A DNA stretch of 64,000 nucleotides from Lama glama. Taxonomy: Eukaryota. Of this stretch, positions 1 through 13,342 are shown piece after piece. Location of the stretch: contig CM052817.1 in assembly GCA_028534125.1 (NCBI GenBank), positions 98,086,001 through 98,150,000 of the forward strand. The letters are read 5' to 3'. Every line of letters begins with the position of its first letter. Position 1 is the stretch's first letter. The notes under the pieces were generated by a model. It was not told the origin of the DNA. It did no database searches and saw only the letters and a list, made by a program, of their open reading frames with translations. Both the position numbers and the translations under genes were made by a program.

Positions 1-929
1 TCCACTATGAGGATGCATAGATGTGCTCCTGAAGTTTGGGTGTCTGCATGGACCTGGGGTGTGGTCTTGAGCCTTCTGTAACAGAAACACCCATAACAGC
101 AGCCCTTAAAGGATAGTGGTCTAGTGTACCCTGGAGGAAGATGGCAACCCTGCTCCATCCCAGTTTTCCATGACCCTCCAAAGTTTGACAAGGACTCCAG
201 GGGTTGGCATAGCTCCATGGAAAGCATCACAAAGGTACTGGAAGTGGATGAGCCTTGGCACTGCTGGGTGGCTGCTGGGCCAGTCTCTTCAGGTTCAGTT
301 TAGAGAAGAGGTTGTGGTACTCAATCTGCTAATAAAGGAAACTGCCCTGTGCAGGTATTTGTAACTACTTGAGTAAAAGCAAGTTAACAGAGTTTCACAG
401 ACACTGTCCTGTCACCCACATTTCTGCCCAATTAAGGGAAACATTCATTTTCTTCTCAAGCTTTAGTCAGCAAATAACCTAATGTTTTTGCTTTATTTTT
501 CCATCAAAGTAGGAGAAGGATAAGACCTTCTTTATTGCTATAATAGGCGAGAAAATACAGAACCCAGAAGCAGGTAGCCAAAGTACACAGAACGCTGAAA
601 GACGGGAAAGTTCACGTAGAACTTCAGGGTCACCAAAAAGAAATAAGCAACTCTTGAAGTGGTAAGTAATTAATGGGCGAAATCTTGCCAGTTATTTATA
701 GAAAACAAACCGCTCAGGAACGCTGTTGATAAAAGCTTGGTGTACAAGCAGGGAAGGACTGTCTGTAAGGGCTGAGATTCAAGTCAGCACCAACGCAGAG
801 CAGACAGCTGTGGGGAAAGAGTGGTGTGGCCAACACTGAAGCGATCTGGGAGAGCTTGGATAATGCAAGAAAATCAGGACACGTCCTAAGGTAGACTGTA
901 TTTTCCAAAGATGAACCCCACAGAAGAAT

Positions 930-1467
930 CTGTCCCCCATGCTCCATTTGCAATGACAATGACAGCCCTTCAATCAAAGGGTAGGATCCCTGTCTCCTCG
1001 CCATGGACCCAGGCGGAGCGTTGTGACTGCCTTGCTCAGTAGAACACAGCAGAAGTAAGGCTGTGTGGCTCACCAGGCTAGGTGCCACAACTCCCTTGTT
1101 CTTCTACCGTATTCTCTCGGGACACTTGCTCTGTAAACCCAGACATCTTGACATGAGGAGGCCAAAAAGAAGCCTCTGGAAAGGCCCACAGAGAGGATGC
1201 AAACAGAGAGGAGCCGAAGCCTTCGGCCACCAGCCCCCATTGAGCTCCAGTTGATGGCCAGTGTCAAGTCGCCAGCCGTGTGAGTGTCACTCTGATTGAA
1301 CCATCCCATGTCCAGTTGAGCTAATGCCACATGGAACGGAGATGAGCCTTTTCCCACCGAATCCTGCCCAGATTGCAGACTCTGTACTAAATAAGTGCTG
1401 GTTGTTTTAAGCCACTAAGTTTTGGGGTCTGGGGGCCGGAGTTATACAGCAATGGATAATCAGAATA
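930..1467 (+). mobile_element. MaLR solo LTR, MLT1F/G/H-type (old)
   Basis: MLT1-like blocks 'ttgtgactgccttgctcagtagaacacagcagaagt' and 'cctgcccagattgcagac...ttgttttaagccactaagttttgggg...gttatacagcaatggataat'. The 5' boundary is approximate. Confidence 0.75.
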
Positions 1468-1979
1468 GAATCAGAAAAATACTATTTACCTAACCAGAGC
1501 CAGCTGAATTTCTGTAGTTCCTTTGGGAAGAGGAATTGAAAGGTTTTTTTTATCAGTACTCTATTTTGTATTATTAATGGTTTTCTATATTTTATTACCT
1601 CTTTAATAAAGCATGTGTAGAGAATTCTCACTTCATTGTATAGGTTTAGGTGTTCCCAGTAATTCTCTTGGCAGCCCTTACTCAATTTTGAATTAAAAGA
1701 TACTTCAGGTATGAGCATAGTTTTTGTTCACTCTATGGTATGTTCAACTTTAAATAACAAACATGTTTAAGAATCTGTTGCCCCAAAAGGGGTACAGCCC
1801 ATATAAACAACAATTTCCTTACAAAACTCTGATTGGCCTGGGCTTCCTTTTGGTTAGATGAGTAACCTGCTATAGTTACAAGGATCAGCATGTGGGAAAA
1901 CGACTTCTGCCTGAAACTTTGTCCCCAGAGCAGAGTGGTATGTTTGCAAGAAAAAATCCAGGGTCTTTATGTAACAATA

Positions 1980-2197
1980 CAGTTGACCCTTGAATAACAC
2001 GGTCTTGAACTGTGCACATTCACTCATTCACGAACTTTTTCCAATAAACACGCACTCCAGCGCTGCATGTTTGGGGTTGGTTGACTGCACAGACATGCAG
2101 CAGCAAGATACGGAGGTGGACTCAAAAGTTACATGGGGATTTTCGACTGCTCAGGTAGTCAGTGCCCCTACCTCCCGCATAGTTCAACGGTCAACTG
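1980..2197 (+). mobile_element. Tigger2-derived MITE (TcMar-Tigger)
   Basis: Terminal inverted repeats CAGTTGACCCTTGAA / TTCAACGGTCAACTG, with TA on both sides (1978-1979, 2198-2199). Confidence 0.9.
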
Positions 2198-2227
2198 TAG
2201 TTAGTGAAATATACATAGTACATAATT

Positions 2228-2750
2228 TATTCATTTAACAGTACTTCAGACATGATTTATTGAGTGCCACTATGTGCCAATATCAGACTAGACAGGGGAT
2301 GTAGAGGTGGACAAACACATCGGTCTCTGATAAGACAGTAAGGAAATATATCTCAGATTTTGAGCAGAATAGGAAAAAAGTGAAGTAGACCGGGGGATAC
2401 CATGCCAAAGTAGGGTAAGGGTGGGCAGGCAAGCTTGCTGTTTGTTCCACACAGGAGGCTCAGGGAGACCTCTCTGATCTGGTAACACTTGAACAGAGGT
2501 TTTCAAGAAGTGGAGGTGAATCAGGCAGCTTCCTGGGAGACGAGTTCAAGTTGGGAGAAGAGCCAAGTGTAAGCACCGTGAGATGAAAACAATCTAAGTG
2601 TGTTCAGAGGCTCACAGACATCGTTGTTGCTGAGACAGAGCAAGCCAGGTGTTGAATGGAAGGACAAGAGGTATCGGGAATAGAAGCAGGTAGTGGAGAA
2701 ATGTAGGGCATTATAGAACCATCGAAAGAGCTTTTGCTTTTATTGGGTGA
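2228..2750 (-). mobile_element. L2 LINE 3' fragment
   Basis: Antisense L2 3'-end motif 'ttcatttaaca...atttattgagtgccactatgtgcca' followed by a purine-rich degenerate L2 body. Confidence 0.7.
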
Positions 2751-2767
2751 TTATACATATGCATATA

Positions 2768-3162
2768 CATTATGGACCGAACAACTGCATCCCCCCAAAG
2801 TTAATATGTTAAACACCTGACCGCCAATGTGATGTTTGGTGACGGAGGCTCTGAGAGGTAATTAGGGTTAGAGTAGGTCATGGGGTAGGATCTTCACAAT
2901 GGAATTTCTGTTCTTAGAAGAAATGGAAGAAAGAGGATCTTTCTCCCTCTGCACTCACACACCAAGGAAAGGCCACGTCAGGACACAGGAAGAAGGCAGC
3001 TGTCTATAAGTCAAAAGGAGAGCCCTCAGCAAAACCCGACCATATCCCAGCGCCCTGAGCATGAATGTTTAGCCTCCAGAACTGTGATAAAGCAGATCTC
3101 TGTCATTTAAGCAGCTCGGGATGGGGTAGGGTGCTCTGGCAGTCTGGGCGAAAACAATATCA
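2768..3162 (+). mobile_element. MaLR solo LTR, MLT1A-type
   Basis: 'tatggaccgaa...ccccccaaa...aggtaattagggttagagtaggtcatg...ggccacgtcaggacacag...agcctccagaactgtga'. Confidence 0.85.
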
Positions 3163-4974
3163 CCACAGTCATGGTGATATACAATGTCAATCAGTTTTAA
3201 TTCAGCATTGAAATACAATTTTCTTTCTAAGTATCCTATTTTTATTCTCCTTAGTCCACTCCTACTAGCTTTCTGGTAACAAAGGTGCTGATTGCACAGT
3301 TCATTGCCTGAAATTGTTTAATGATCGGTTTCAGCTATGACTTATCCATTCGTATTTTTAATGTTCTATTTTTTGTGAGATATGAGCAAACACAGGAGCT
3401 TTGGGAAATGTCTCTTCCCTAATTGGAATGTCTTCTCTTAATGTCTTTTGCAAACCACGTCACAAGAATTAAAACAAAAAGTCTTCTCTAATACGCATAT
3501 TATAATTTTATCAGTAGAGACTATAGACTGCTCTGGCTTTAAGAGGAAAAGATTATTTTCTTGATTGAATAAGAGATTCCTGCCCATTATGTAGCGCTCC
3601 TTCCATCAATAGTTAATTATTTGTTTCCTTCTTGATTAATTATTTCTCTTATATCACATTTCCTTTGGTTAAAACAAATGCGGTTTCTGACTGTTCTCTT
3701 TTCAGGGTTTAGTGATTTAATTTCATACATAAATGATTATAAGGCAGGCTTAAATTTTGCCTGTCAAATCAGGCACACAGGAGCGGATGACTGTGTATGG
3801 CCTCTCCTGGCTACAGTTCATATTCAGCTAGTTTCTCCTGAGCTCCTCAGAAGTTCCCTGCCACCTTTGTGACACCTGTGGCGCTCACTTCCCTCTATGT
3901 TTCTGTCTTTGTTTTCTGCAGGAGTGCTCAGGCATCACACAATGGCAGATCTTTTAAGGCTACCAAGACTCACTTCCCTTCCCGAAGCCCCTCGTATTCT
4001 CATTTTCTTCATCCTTTTCCTTTTGTCTTGCGCCACTTCTTCCTCTCTGAGGGCTCCCTCCTCCTGACCCCCCCCCCTCCTTCCTCTTCTTTTTTTCTTG
4101 TTCAGCATTTGCATTTAGATTCTTCAGCTCAAGAGTTTTTTTTCTAAATCCCTACAGGATTTTTACCATCTTTCTGCACGATGGAAGAGGCTATTTATCC
4201 TGTCTTCATCAAGACTGTTTTTGGGAAGGGAAATAATTGACTTCTTGGCATTTAATCTCCAGTAAACAAACACACAGGAAGCAAGCACACCAACAAGCCG
4301 GAGGTCTGGGGCCTTCCCTCTCCCAGTCTGTAAGACTCATCTTAACGTGGTGATGGGCAGGATCTCACCAGCATGAAGTCAGGGCAGACATGGTGCTTTG
4401 GAACTCTGCTCTTTAAATCTTAACTATCAACATAAGCTCTGTAAGAAATATGTAATGTCTTCAAACTCAAAGAGCAATGAGATTATGACTTATCATCCGG
4501 GCCCTCCTCAGAATTCTAAGAATGAGATAATTTGTCATTTTGGGGGAAAAATGAACTTCTTTTATAAAGAACATGACTCACCTTCTGCAATACCACCCAC
4601 ACAGACATAAATGGGATGTTTATGTTTTAGGGAAATCAAGGTCACAAGAAAAAAGTGAATTGACAGTTCTGCTGATACTCAAAAAAAGTAATTTTTTCCT
4701 AACTTGTTTAGATTCCCCATCTTTCACGGCAGCTTTGGGTTTTGTGCTTATGAGTCACAGTAAGAAAATTTCAAAACAGAGCTGACAAGATTTATGGAAA
4801 TTTCATTCCATTATTTTTAAAAGAAACACTTTTATTGGAAGAAGGTAGGCATTCATCTCTCTCAGATGTCATTGTCTCAATTGCATTGGGCACCATAACA
4901 AAAATGTTCATCTGGTTGTTTACGGAGAAGCAAATAATCTTGTCCAGTTTATACGAGACAGTTTTAAAGAGCCA

Positions 4975-5196
4975 CAGAATTCTGAGCTTTGGAGTCAGAG
5001 AGATCTGGCTCTACCACTTGTTCCCTGTGCGGCCTCGCACTACTGACTTAACCTCAGTTTCTCTGTCCGAAAAACCAGATTAACATTAGTGCCTACCTCT
5101 TAGGTTTACTGTGAGAATTAAAAGAGGAGGTTATACAGAAAGCATATTTCGCAGCACAACTGGCCCAGACTAAATGCTCAGTAAATATTAATGCTA
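4975..5196 (+). mobile_element. MIR SINE
   Basis: 'gctttggagtcagagagatctggctctaccactt...cctcagtttctc...gcctacctcttaggtttactgtgagaattaaa...taaatgctcagtaaatatta'. Confidence 0.8.
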
Positions 5197-6715
5197 CTCC
5201 TTGTGCATTTCCATGTTTTGTGACGGCCGAGTATCATCAGTAGATCAACGTGCTTTCCTCAGTTACTAACTGGAAATCCAAGTCAAGTGACTTAGCCTTC
5301 CTCACCCTTCACCTGTGTCCTTACATATCAGATTTCTTACATACAGTGGATTATAATACTCAACCGTCAATAAGCGATTGTTAGGTAAGTATTTTGTTGC
5401 GCAAGTGGTAACATTCAATAACAGGTTGTACAGTCAGGAGTCTGAATTCGTAAAGGAACTCCAGAGTGCCGTGTTCTTGCTCCTTTTCTCTTCTCCTCAC
5501 GTAACCACATTCTCCGTTATTACTGTGGATGATATCTGGCATCTATTGTAAATTAAAACGTAATGACAGTGACTAGTTAGAATGTATGCCCGATCCTGGA
5601 GTCACATAGTTTTGATCTTAGTAATTATCAAGTAAAAATAACTTCCTTTCCATTCCTGTCCTTTCTATCAAATAATTAAGACCTTCATACATGTTAAGTA
5701 ATCACAGAATCCGGTTATCAGTGCTCTGCCAACTGAAAATTAATTACGGTAAATAGGTATCACTTTCCTTATTCTTCAGATAATAAAACTGAGACTTAGT
5801 TTAACTGAGATTAAAATGCCTTCACCAAAATTTTAAAAAGCAGTTAATAGTAGAAGGTGATACTAGCATTAATCTCTTGATCTGTCAAGCACAAAGCAAG
5901 TGACCTTAACCATCACACATGACCACACAACATGCAGACCGCTGCTAAGGAAGAATGTTCAGGCGGCCATTATAGGAAAAGTTACTTCCCAGAAGGAACA
6001 ATACCAAACTGGTTTCTATGGCATTGTTTTCCTGTCCCCATGCATAATTCAGGTGGTTGTTGACCCACAGGGGCTACACCTGTTACTTTACAGACAGGCT
6101 ACAAATCTTACAGTATAAATAATAGAGGAGCTTGATGGAGTCTTGTGAATTTACACCCCATGCCAAGTTTCCAGCAACCCAGCTCTACCAGTTTCTGTTA
6201 GTTGACACAGGGTGGAATATTTACACTGCTGATTTCTAGGAGAGGTGATAAGAGCTGGGTGGCAATAAAGGGTCATTTAGCTCCTCTACTGGTTAAACCT
6301 TATATCTAAAAAAATGTGGGCTAGATGCATTCTTAACAAATAGTCCTTCAATCACCTGAGCTGCACTGGATCTATGGGGAAGCCATGGGAGGTTGTATAT
6401 ATTCAAGCAACTGCAGACATTCTGGTCGTGTTTTTCGCATGAGTGTACAAAGTTCTACAGCAAATTCAGTTTGTCTTCCAAAATTGACCTTATACAGCTT
6501 TATAAAAATTGGTCCTTAGCAAGAAAAGACATAGTTTGTGCTTCATATTTAGTACTTAGAGAAATTAATCATGGAGAATACAATGCATTTATTTATAAAT
6601 GACTGTTTTGCTAAAATAGTTTTGGCTCCACCCAGGAAACACTGTCTTTTCTAAATTATGTCCAGTTTTCACTGTCTTCAGATTATACTTGCAGAGTATG
6701 GTTTCAGTGGCTTAT

Positions 6716-6716
<1 letters not shown>

Positions 6717-6750
<34 letters not shown>
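6717..6750. repeat. (CA)17 microsatellite
   Basis: Perfect CA run read directly. Confidence 0.98.
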
Positions 6751-6756
<6 letters not shown>

Positions 6757-7373
6757 GGAGTCCTTGACTAAGAAGTAGAGACTGGTGGCTTGGCTCTTCT
6801 GCAGTAGAGCTTCTCTGCTGAACATCTCAGATCCTAGTCCTTGGGTGTGCCATTCTTGGAATTCCTTCCCAGAGCAGTTCAACCTTCTTGACCTGGTGCT
6901 AACTGGCATGACTTGCAGGGGAATATGCCTCACTTGGTGAGATGACTAAAATGAGACAGTCCAAATCTGCTATTGTTGGTTACTGATAGCACCATCAAGG
7001 CTAGTCTTTGCCTTGAACTTTGGAACTGTTATTTGATGAATCAAGATGACTTCACAGAATTGTGATAAACTTTTCTCTACTACTTAATTAAATAATAGTC
7101 TTGTGCTATCTTCATATTTTGATGATTTGTTCCTGAACTTTAAATGAATGTATTTATTTATTTACATCAGAAAAACATGTCCATGGTCTTTCCCACTTAA
7201 TTTGTCAATGAAAAGCTCTATCCAAAATCATTCCTTTCCATTATTTTCTAATTCATTTCCTTTTTTGGTTTCTTAGACCTGACTCACCATAATTTGTAAT
7301 TACTTTGTTTCATATCAACTGCATGGGACTCAAACCTTGTCTATTTTATTCACCATTGGATCAAGCACTCTTA

Positions 7374-7509
7374 TATTTGTGTGTTTTTAGGGGGGAGCTA
7401 CTTAGGTTTCCTTATTTATTTATTTTTAGAGGAGGTTATGGGGATTCAACCCAGGACCTAGCGTATGCTAAGCATGCACTCTACCACTTGAGCTGTACCC
7501 TCCCCTCCA
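7374..7509 (-). mobile_element. Camelid tRNA-derived SINE (Vic-1-like), inserted into an L2 3' end
   Basis: Reverse complement reads GGGGAGGGTACAGCTCAAGTGGTAGAGTGCATGCTTAGCATACGCTAGGTCCTGGGTTGAATCCCC. 15-bp TSD GATCAAGCAC(T/A)CTTA at 7359-7373 and 7510-7524. L2 tail 'aataaatacttgttgaatgaatga' lies downstream. Confidence 0.9.
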
Positions 7510-7653
7510 GATCAAGCACACTTAATGACAAAGTGAATGTCCTTAATAAATACTTGTTGAATGAATGAGTGAAGGAATGAAATAAAAGACAGATATTAAT
7601 AACTTAAGTAAATAAGTTTTAGCTCTACAAACACTGTTCAAGAAGGGAAACAA

Positions 7654-7803
7654 GGGGGGAGGGTGTAGCTGAAGTGGCAGAGCGAATGCTTAGCATGCAT
7701 AAGGTCCTGGGTTCAATCTCCAGTACCTGCATTAAAAACAAATAAATATATAAACCTAATTACCTCCCTCCACCAAAAAAAAAAAAAAAAATTAAAAAAA
7801 GAA
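7654..7803 (+). mobile_element. Camelid tRNA-derived SINE (Vic-1-like)
   Basis: GGGGGGAGGGTGTAGCTGAAGTGGCAGAGCGAATGCTTAGCATGCATAAGGTCCTGGGTTCAATCTCCAG (pol III A/B boxes), then 'aaacctaattacctccc' and a poly(A) tail. Degenerate TSD ending AAACAAG. Confidence 0.9.
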
Positions 7804-9229
7804 AAAGACAAACAAGAGGAAGTCTCCAGAATATTTAAAAACATTTTTCCAGACAAGCCAGCTGAAAATGGTTGACTCTGGGTAGGAATATTGGAGAAAG
7901 AGAGGAAAGGAATTTGAATAAGTACAGGAATTACAATTGCTTCAATGTAACGCTGCTATTTGAAGTTCAAGTTTTATACACTGAGTTGGGAACAGAATAG
8001 GCTTAGTATTTTTTTAAAAGCAATTTTACCATCTTTAGGCCAGACTCTAGAACAAGTGTGGCCAACAGCAAAACCACTGATCTGGAGACTGACCTCAAGG
8101 GGGTTTCTTCTCTGTGAGTCTGGTCCTTTCATGACAAAACTTTTCAGATTCCAAGCAGGTCTCAGTTGTTTATGTAAAGGCTGACATTTGAATCAAAATG
8201 GCATCTGCTAATTGTCGAGTCAACACTACTGACTTCAGAGTCAACATTAATGAAAAGTGGGCAAATTGAACCACACTCATCTTCCTGAGGGCAAACGTAA
8301 GCTTGCTTATTGACCAAGTAAATATCCATCTTACAGATATTTTGGTGAAAGGATGTTTAGTTTTGTTTTTTGGGTTTTTTTGTATTTTTGTAAGCAAAAT
8401 AGATCTGTAGATAATAGATAGAAAGATAGATAGATGATAGAGAAACAGGTATCAAATGCTTTACTTTTACCAATATACCACAGTATTATTTATGCTGAAA
8501 ACTAGGCACATTGATTTTCCAAGAATCTGAATGTGACTTAATGACTTATGATACATCTTTATGATTGAATATTATCATAGAGAGGAGCCCATTTCCCCCA
8601 GTCCCCTTGCTCCCATTCTCACCCCTACAGAAGACAACAGTCCATCATTTCCACCCTTTGGCTTACAAGGGAACCTCTGCCCTCCTCTCTGTGCATTATT
8701 CCTCAAGGACGGAAGGGTTGCTAAACTTATTGTCAAGAGGCTGATCTTCATCCGTTCACATTTTCGCTGGTATGGAATTACTTTACCTTACAAATGGGGA
8801 CACAGTTTGGGGCCTTTTTTATTCTTTTCTTTTCCTTGGGCTGTCTTTGTTAGGGGCCTGGAAGAAGGTTTGTGGAATCCTTACTCAGGTCTTTTTTTTT
8901 CCATGTGAAGCACACCTAGCTCGGGACCCAGGGCCTGCCTGTTAGAACATGTCTTAAACTCTGGTAGGGAAAGTTATCCTTGTTTATTCTTCATGGTGAA
9001 GGTGGTTGTTATTTGTAGACCTCTATTTTCCAAATAACTTCTTAAGTAACTACATTGAGTTCCTCAAATATCTAAATAGATCTTGAGTTTGCATTAAATT
9101 TGTAGAAGAATATATGCAATATATCATCTGTGTAATATAAAGAACTTCTATGACTATGGGATGTTTCTCATTTGTCTTTTATTAGAGAACGTTTTCCCCA
9201 AGAAGTATAGTAAACTGGTAGAAATGTAG

Positions 9230-9474
9230 CAAGACCTGTTTGTTAGCAGTCTTCTTGGAATCCCTTTGTCTTTGGAGCTAAGGATGCTCCTTTACTTTGG
9301 GTAGAGGGAGGACACCTCTCACATGAGGATTTTATGACGTGTTTCAAAGGAGAAGGGTGGGGTAAAGGTCAGGGTGACCCTCCTACTTCTGCCATTTTCT
9401 CAAACCCCTTCAGCTTAAAATATTCAATATGTTAAGGTGCCATATTTTGGGTTAGCATGTCCTCAACCCCATCA
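9230..9474 (-). mobile_element. ERV1-class LTR 5' fragment (MER34/MER39-like)
   Basis: Reverse complement begins TGATGGGGTTGAGGACATGCTAACCCAAAATATGGCACCTTAACATATTGAATATTTTAAGCTGAAGG. Confidence 0.7.
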
Positions 9475-9539
9475 GATACAAAGGGAAATTCTCAAAGATT
9501 AACTAAATATAAGTTTCAAGAATGCTACAGGTCACTTTT

Positions 9540-10014
9540 TTTTATTAAGGTATAGTCAGTTTACAATGTTGTGTTAGTTTCTGATGTACACCATAGGGAT
9601 TCAGTTTATATACACACACACACACACACACACATATATTCCTTTTCATATTCTTTTTTCATTATAGACCACTACAAGGTATTAAATATAATTCTCTGTG
9701 CTATACCTTGTTGTTTATCTGTTTTATATATGATAGTGTGTATCTTCAAATCCCAAACTCCCAGTTTATCCCTCCACCAACTCTATTTTCCCCCCTGGTA
9801 ACTATAAGCTTGTTTTCCATGTCTGTGAGTCTGTCTCTGTTTGGTAAATAAGTTCATTTGTGTCTTTTTTTTTTTTTAGATTCTGCACATAAATGATATA
9901 TGGTATTTTTCTTTCTCTTTCTGGCTTACTTCAATTAATATGACAATCTCCAGGTCCATTGATGTTGCTGCAAATGGCATTATTTCATTCTTTTTTATGG
10001 CTGAGTAGTATTCC
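9540..10014 (-). mobile_element. 5'-truncated L1 (ORF2 C-terminus plus 3' UTR)
   Basis: Minus-strand translation MEYYSAIKKNEIMPFAATSMDLEIVIL matches the L1 ORF2 end. T-tail present. TSD ATGCTA(C/G)AGGTCACTTTT at 9522-9539 and 10015-10032. Confidence 0.95.
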
Positions 10015-12360
10015 ATGCTAGAGGTCACTTTTGAAAGCTTTTTGAAATGAAGAGAAATACAATAATCTCTGCAAATAATTTCTATTTTCTGATTCATATC
10101 TAATGATTCTTTAAAGTAAATCTTGTACTTAGAGTTGTAGCAGTATAAAATTGAATAAAGTATTGGTAATGACAAAAATTTATTAATATAATTTAATTTA
10201 CCTGGAAAGTGACTATTTCTAAGGAAAAGAAAGCAATCTACTTCAGACTGATAGCAAAGAGTAAATCTCTATATGTTTCACATTTCAAGCTTAATTCTTT
10301 AGGACCTAAATTTTATTATGGAAGAAACTTACCGAAGTGTTATTTGATTAGAGAGAGAGAGACTTTCCGTTTTACCATCTTCCCAAACATTACGTGATAG
10401 CTGAGTCTTGCCAAAATAATTCTACTTAATCATTTTTATGAGAATTAAGCTGCCAAACTTTTCATCAAATAGCAACTAAAAATTGGAAAAATGCAGACTT
10501 TGTGGTCACATTTAATTTAGTGTTCTACAAAAAAAAAAGAAGAAGAATATTATGTAAAGGCTACATTTACACATGCAAAGCAAACAAAGGAAATGGGGCT
10601 ATTTTCCTGTTAGTCTGTACTGACATCAAATTTAACCTTGAGATACCTGGAATGAAATATATTATGGTGGAAAGTAGTTGAGAAATTAGCCCCAATTCCT
10701 TGCTTTATTCAAAGGAAATAATATCTATTTCACTTACACTTCAACCAAAATTATTTGTTTTGGTCTTATGCTAAGGGAAAAGAAAAGAAAAAAAAAACTA
10801 CAGAAGGAATAGCTAAACACTTCAGGAATTAAGAAACCTATTAATTGCTGTTTTTAGAGAGAGTTTGTTGGAAATCACAAATTTGAGTCACAGTCAACTT
10901 TGAGAAACATTTCTGCAGAAAGATTACATTTCTCTATGAATCTAATCTGGAATAACCTGATGGTTTAACTGTGGCTAAGAGCTCTCTTCTGTTGAATGGC
11001 GTTTTGCTAACCAGCTGCCTTTTTTGAGGTAGAAAACTGAAACTTTGAATAACACACTGGGAAGATATGAACAGTCAAAATATCGTAAAAGGCCTCAGTC
11101 TAATTTTTATCTTCTTGTCATCCTGGGTGGGTTCCCTGAGAGACAAGAGTGAAGACTGCAGAGGGAAAACTCTCACAGGATGTTTTACTCTTACCTTTTA
11201 CACTAAATTGTTCTTTGACAGCTAGCATAGGGCTTTGTCCCTCCTCTTCTAAGGAATCATGCTCTTAAAGAATGTGTGAGCCTAGAAGTATAAGGCAGGA
11301 TGTTTCTTTAAGCAGATAATGAACACAGAGCCACACTGAAGCCCAAGGTCACAGATAATGGAAAATACACCATAGGTATTTTCATTGCCTTTATGTTTTT
11401 AATGACGTCTTCATTGCCTCTCATCGGGCTTTTGTTTTGTTTTCTTTGTACAGTTGCTTGTGTTTCCTGCTCTTTGCCATTTGCTTTCAGGCTGGCAGGA
11501 GCATGTCCATAAAATATCTTAATGGCCCCCTGCAGGGCTTCTGTCGTGAAGGATCTGCTAATGTTTCTATTATGACCCTGATCTCAAAGATCTTTATATC
11601 ACAGTCACCTTAATTTGCATTAGACCATGGGGAACATGTCACACAGGTCAGTCCTGGGAGCAATATTTTTCAGTACATTTGAAAAAAATTACAGTTTGAA
11701 TTCCTCGGCAGCTCTGTAGATGTGCTGAATCTACTTACGGTAGCATTTGCTGGGGTTTTAGTTGAGTAACTGCCATAAAGCTTAATTGAAATTACCTGAA
11801 TGGAGCCTCAGGTGATGCTTTGGAAACAGAGACTAACATTGTAATTGTCTTGTTCTCTTTTCACCTCTTCTTTCATCTTCAACAGTTGTGCTGCCACCGA
11901 TTAGCTGGAACGGCATCTTATAGATGAGGTGGAATGACATAATAATTAAAAATAAGTTTTACCTTGGTTTGATAAAGAATCCCAATATAAATACAAGACA
12001 AAGCAGTTGTTTTGAAATGGCAGGGTGACGGAGGGCAGTGATGATAACAGATGCAAGTGTCCACGAAGACAGCTACTGTCCCAGCATGGTGGGCTCACAC
12101 TGGACTCGGAATCAAAGGAAGGGCAAACACTACACTGAAAAATATTTGCAATCCATCTCCTTGGTGTAAAGTGTCATCTCAGTATTTCAAAAGTTTTATT
12201 TAAATATTGAATCAAAGAATCAAGAGAGGACTAGAGAAATGTAAGGAAAAGATTCCAGTAATGTCAAAATATATAGCTTGTTTAAATTTTAAAAATATTT
12301 AGCATTCAATTATTTTTTCAGTCTTCCCAACCATCTTTTGAATCATGGAAAAGATTATTA

Positions 12361-12550
12361 TATATAAAATGGATTCAAAAAAACAAATTTCTTCTGTATA
12401 GCACAGGGAACTATATTCAATATCTTATAGTAACCTATAATGAAAAAGAATATGAAAATGAATATATGTATGCATATGGATGACTGAAACACTATGCTGT
12501 ACACTAGAAATTGACACATTGTAACTGACTATACTTCAATTTAAAAAAAA
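12361..12550 (+). mobile_element. L1 3' UTR fragment with A-tail
   Basis: 'ctgtatagcacagggaactatattcaatatctt...gctgtacactagaaattgacacattgtaactgactatacttcaat' plus poly(A). Degenerate TSD GAAAAGATT..TATAT. Confidence 0.9.
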
Positions 12551-12589
12551 GAAAAGATTTCTATATTCAAGATAAGTAAATGAATGATT

Positions 12590-12800
12590 GCCTGGCAGAA
12601 GGGACTTTGCAGACAGACCTGGACTTGAATCTTGTTGTACTTTTCTCTAGAGGAGGGTTTGGGGCAAGTTACTCAATTTTGTGGATCCTCGGTTATGAAC
12701 TTGCATAAAGGGAATACAGTGTGATCTTTACAGGACCATTGTAAGGGGTCAATGAGACTTATATATAGCTTCACACAATCCTAGTACAAAGAAGACATGT
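12590..12800 (+). mobile_element. MIR SINE
   Basis: 'ggactttgcagacagacctggacttgaatctt...ggggcaagttactcaa...cctcggtt' MIR core. Confidence 0.65.
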
Positions 12801-13018
12801 CGGATGGTCCTTCCTCTATTTTATTTCTTTAAGAATATGGGACTTAATAGCAAAAATAAAATTAAAATATGAGTATTTTGACGTTTGACCTGAATTTGTG
12901 ACACTCCAGACCTTGCTCCTTACAATTAAATGCACCGAGTATTCTAACATAATTTTACTTTAATTTATTTACCCTCTAATCCAGTTAGAAAGGATTCTAG
13001 TTGAAGAAACATGATCTA

Positions 13019-13342
13019 ATGAGGTTAATGATCTCGCACGGAGATCACCCTAGATTATCCAGGTGGGCCTTAAATCCAATGACAGGAGTCCTTATACGAG
13101 ACAGAAGAGTTGACACAGACACGGAGAAGAAGGCCAAGTGAAGACTCAAGACAGAGATTGGAGTTATGCAGCCACAAACCAAGGAACATCTGGAGTGATC
13201 GCAAACTGGAGGAGGCGAGGAACGATTCTTCCCTAGAGCTTCAGAAGGGGCACACCCCTCCCAACATCTGGATTTCAGACTTCCGGTCTAAAGAAATGTA
13301 AGAGTAAATTTCTATTATTTTAAACTAAAAAAGAAAGAAAGA
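13019..13342 (+). mobile_element. MLT1C/D-type LTR fragment, polyadenylated and flanked by a 15-bp TSD (probable L1-mediated retrocopy)
   Basis: MLT1 body ends 18 nt after the poly(A) signal position (AGTAAA 13303-13308), then A6(GAAA)n. Perfect direct repeat AAGAAACATGATCTA at 13004-13018 and 13343-13357. Confidence 0.85.

Noticed and set aside
3885..3990. Strong splice acceptor (ttttctgcag, 3921) as a coding exon start
   Set aside because: No convincing donor or recognisable peptide follows.
7654..7730. tRNA gene (also at 7440-7509 and 31920-31995)
   Set aside because: The tRNA-like heads continue into SINE bodies, tails and TSDs, so these are SINEs.
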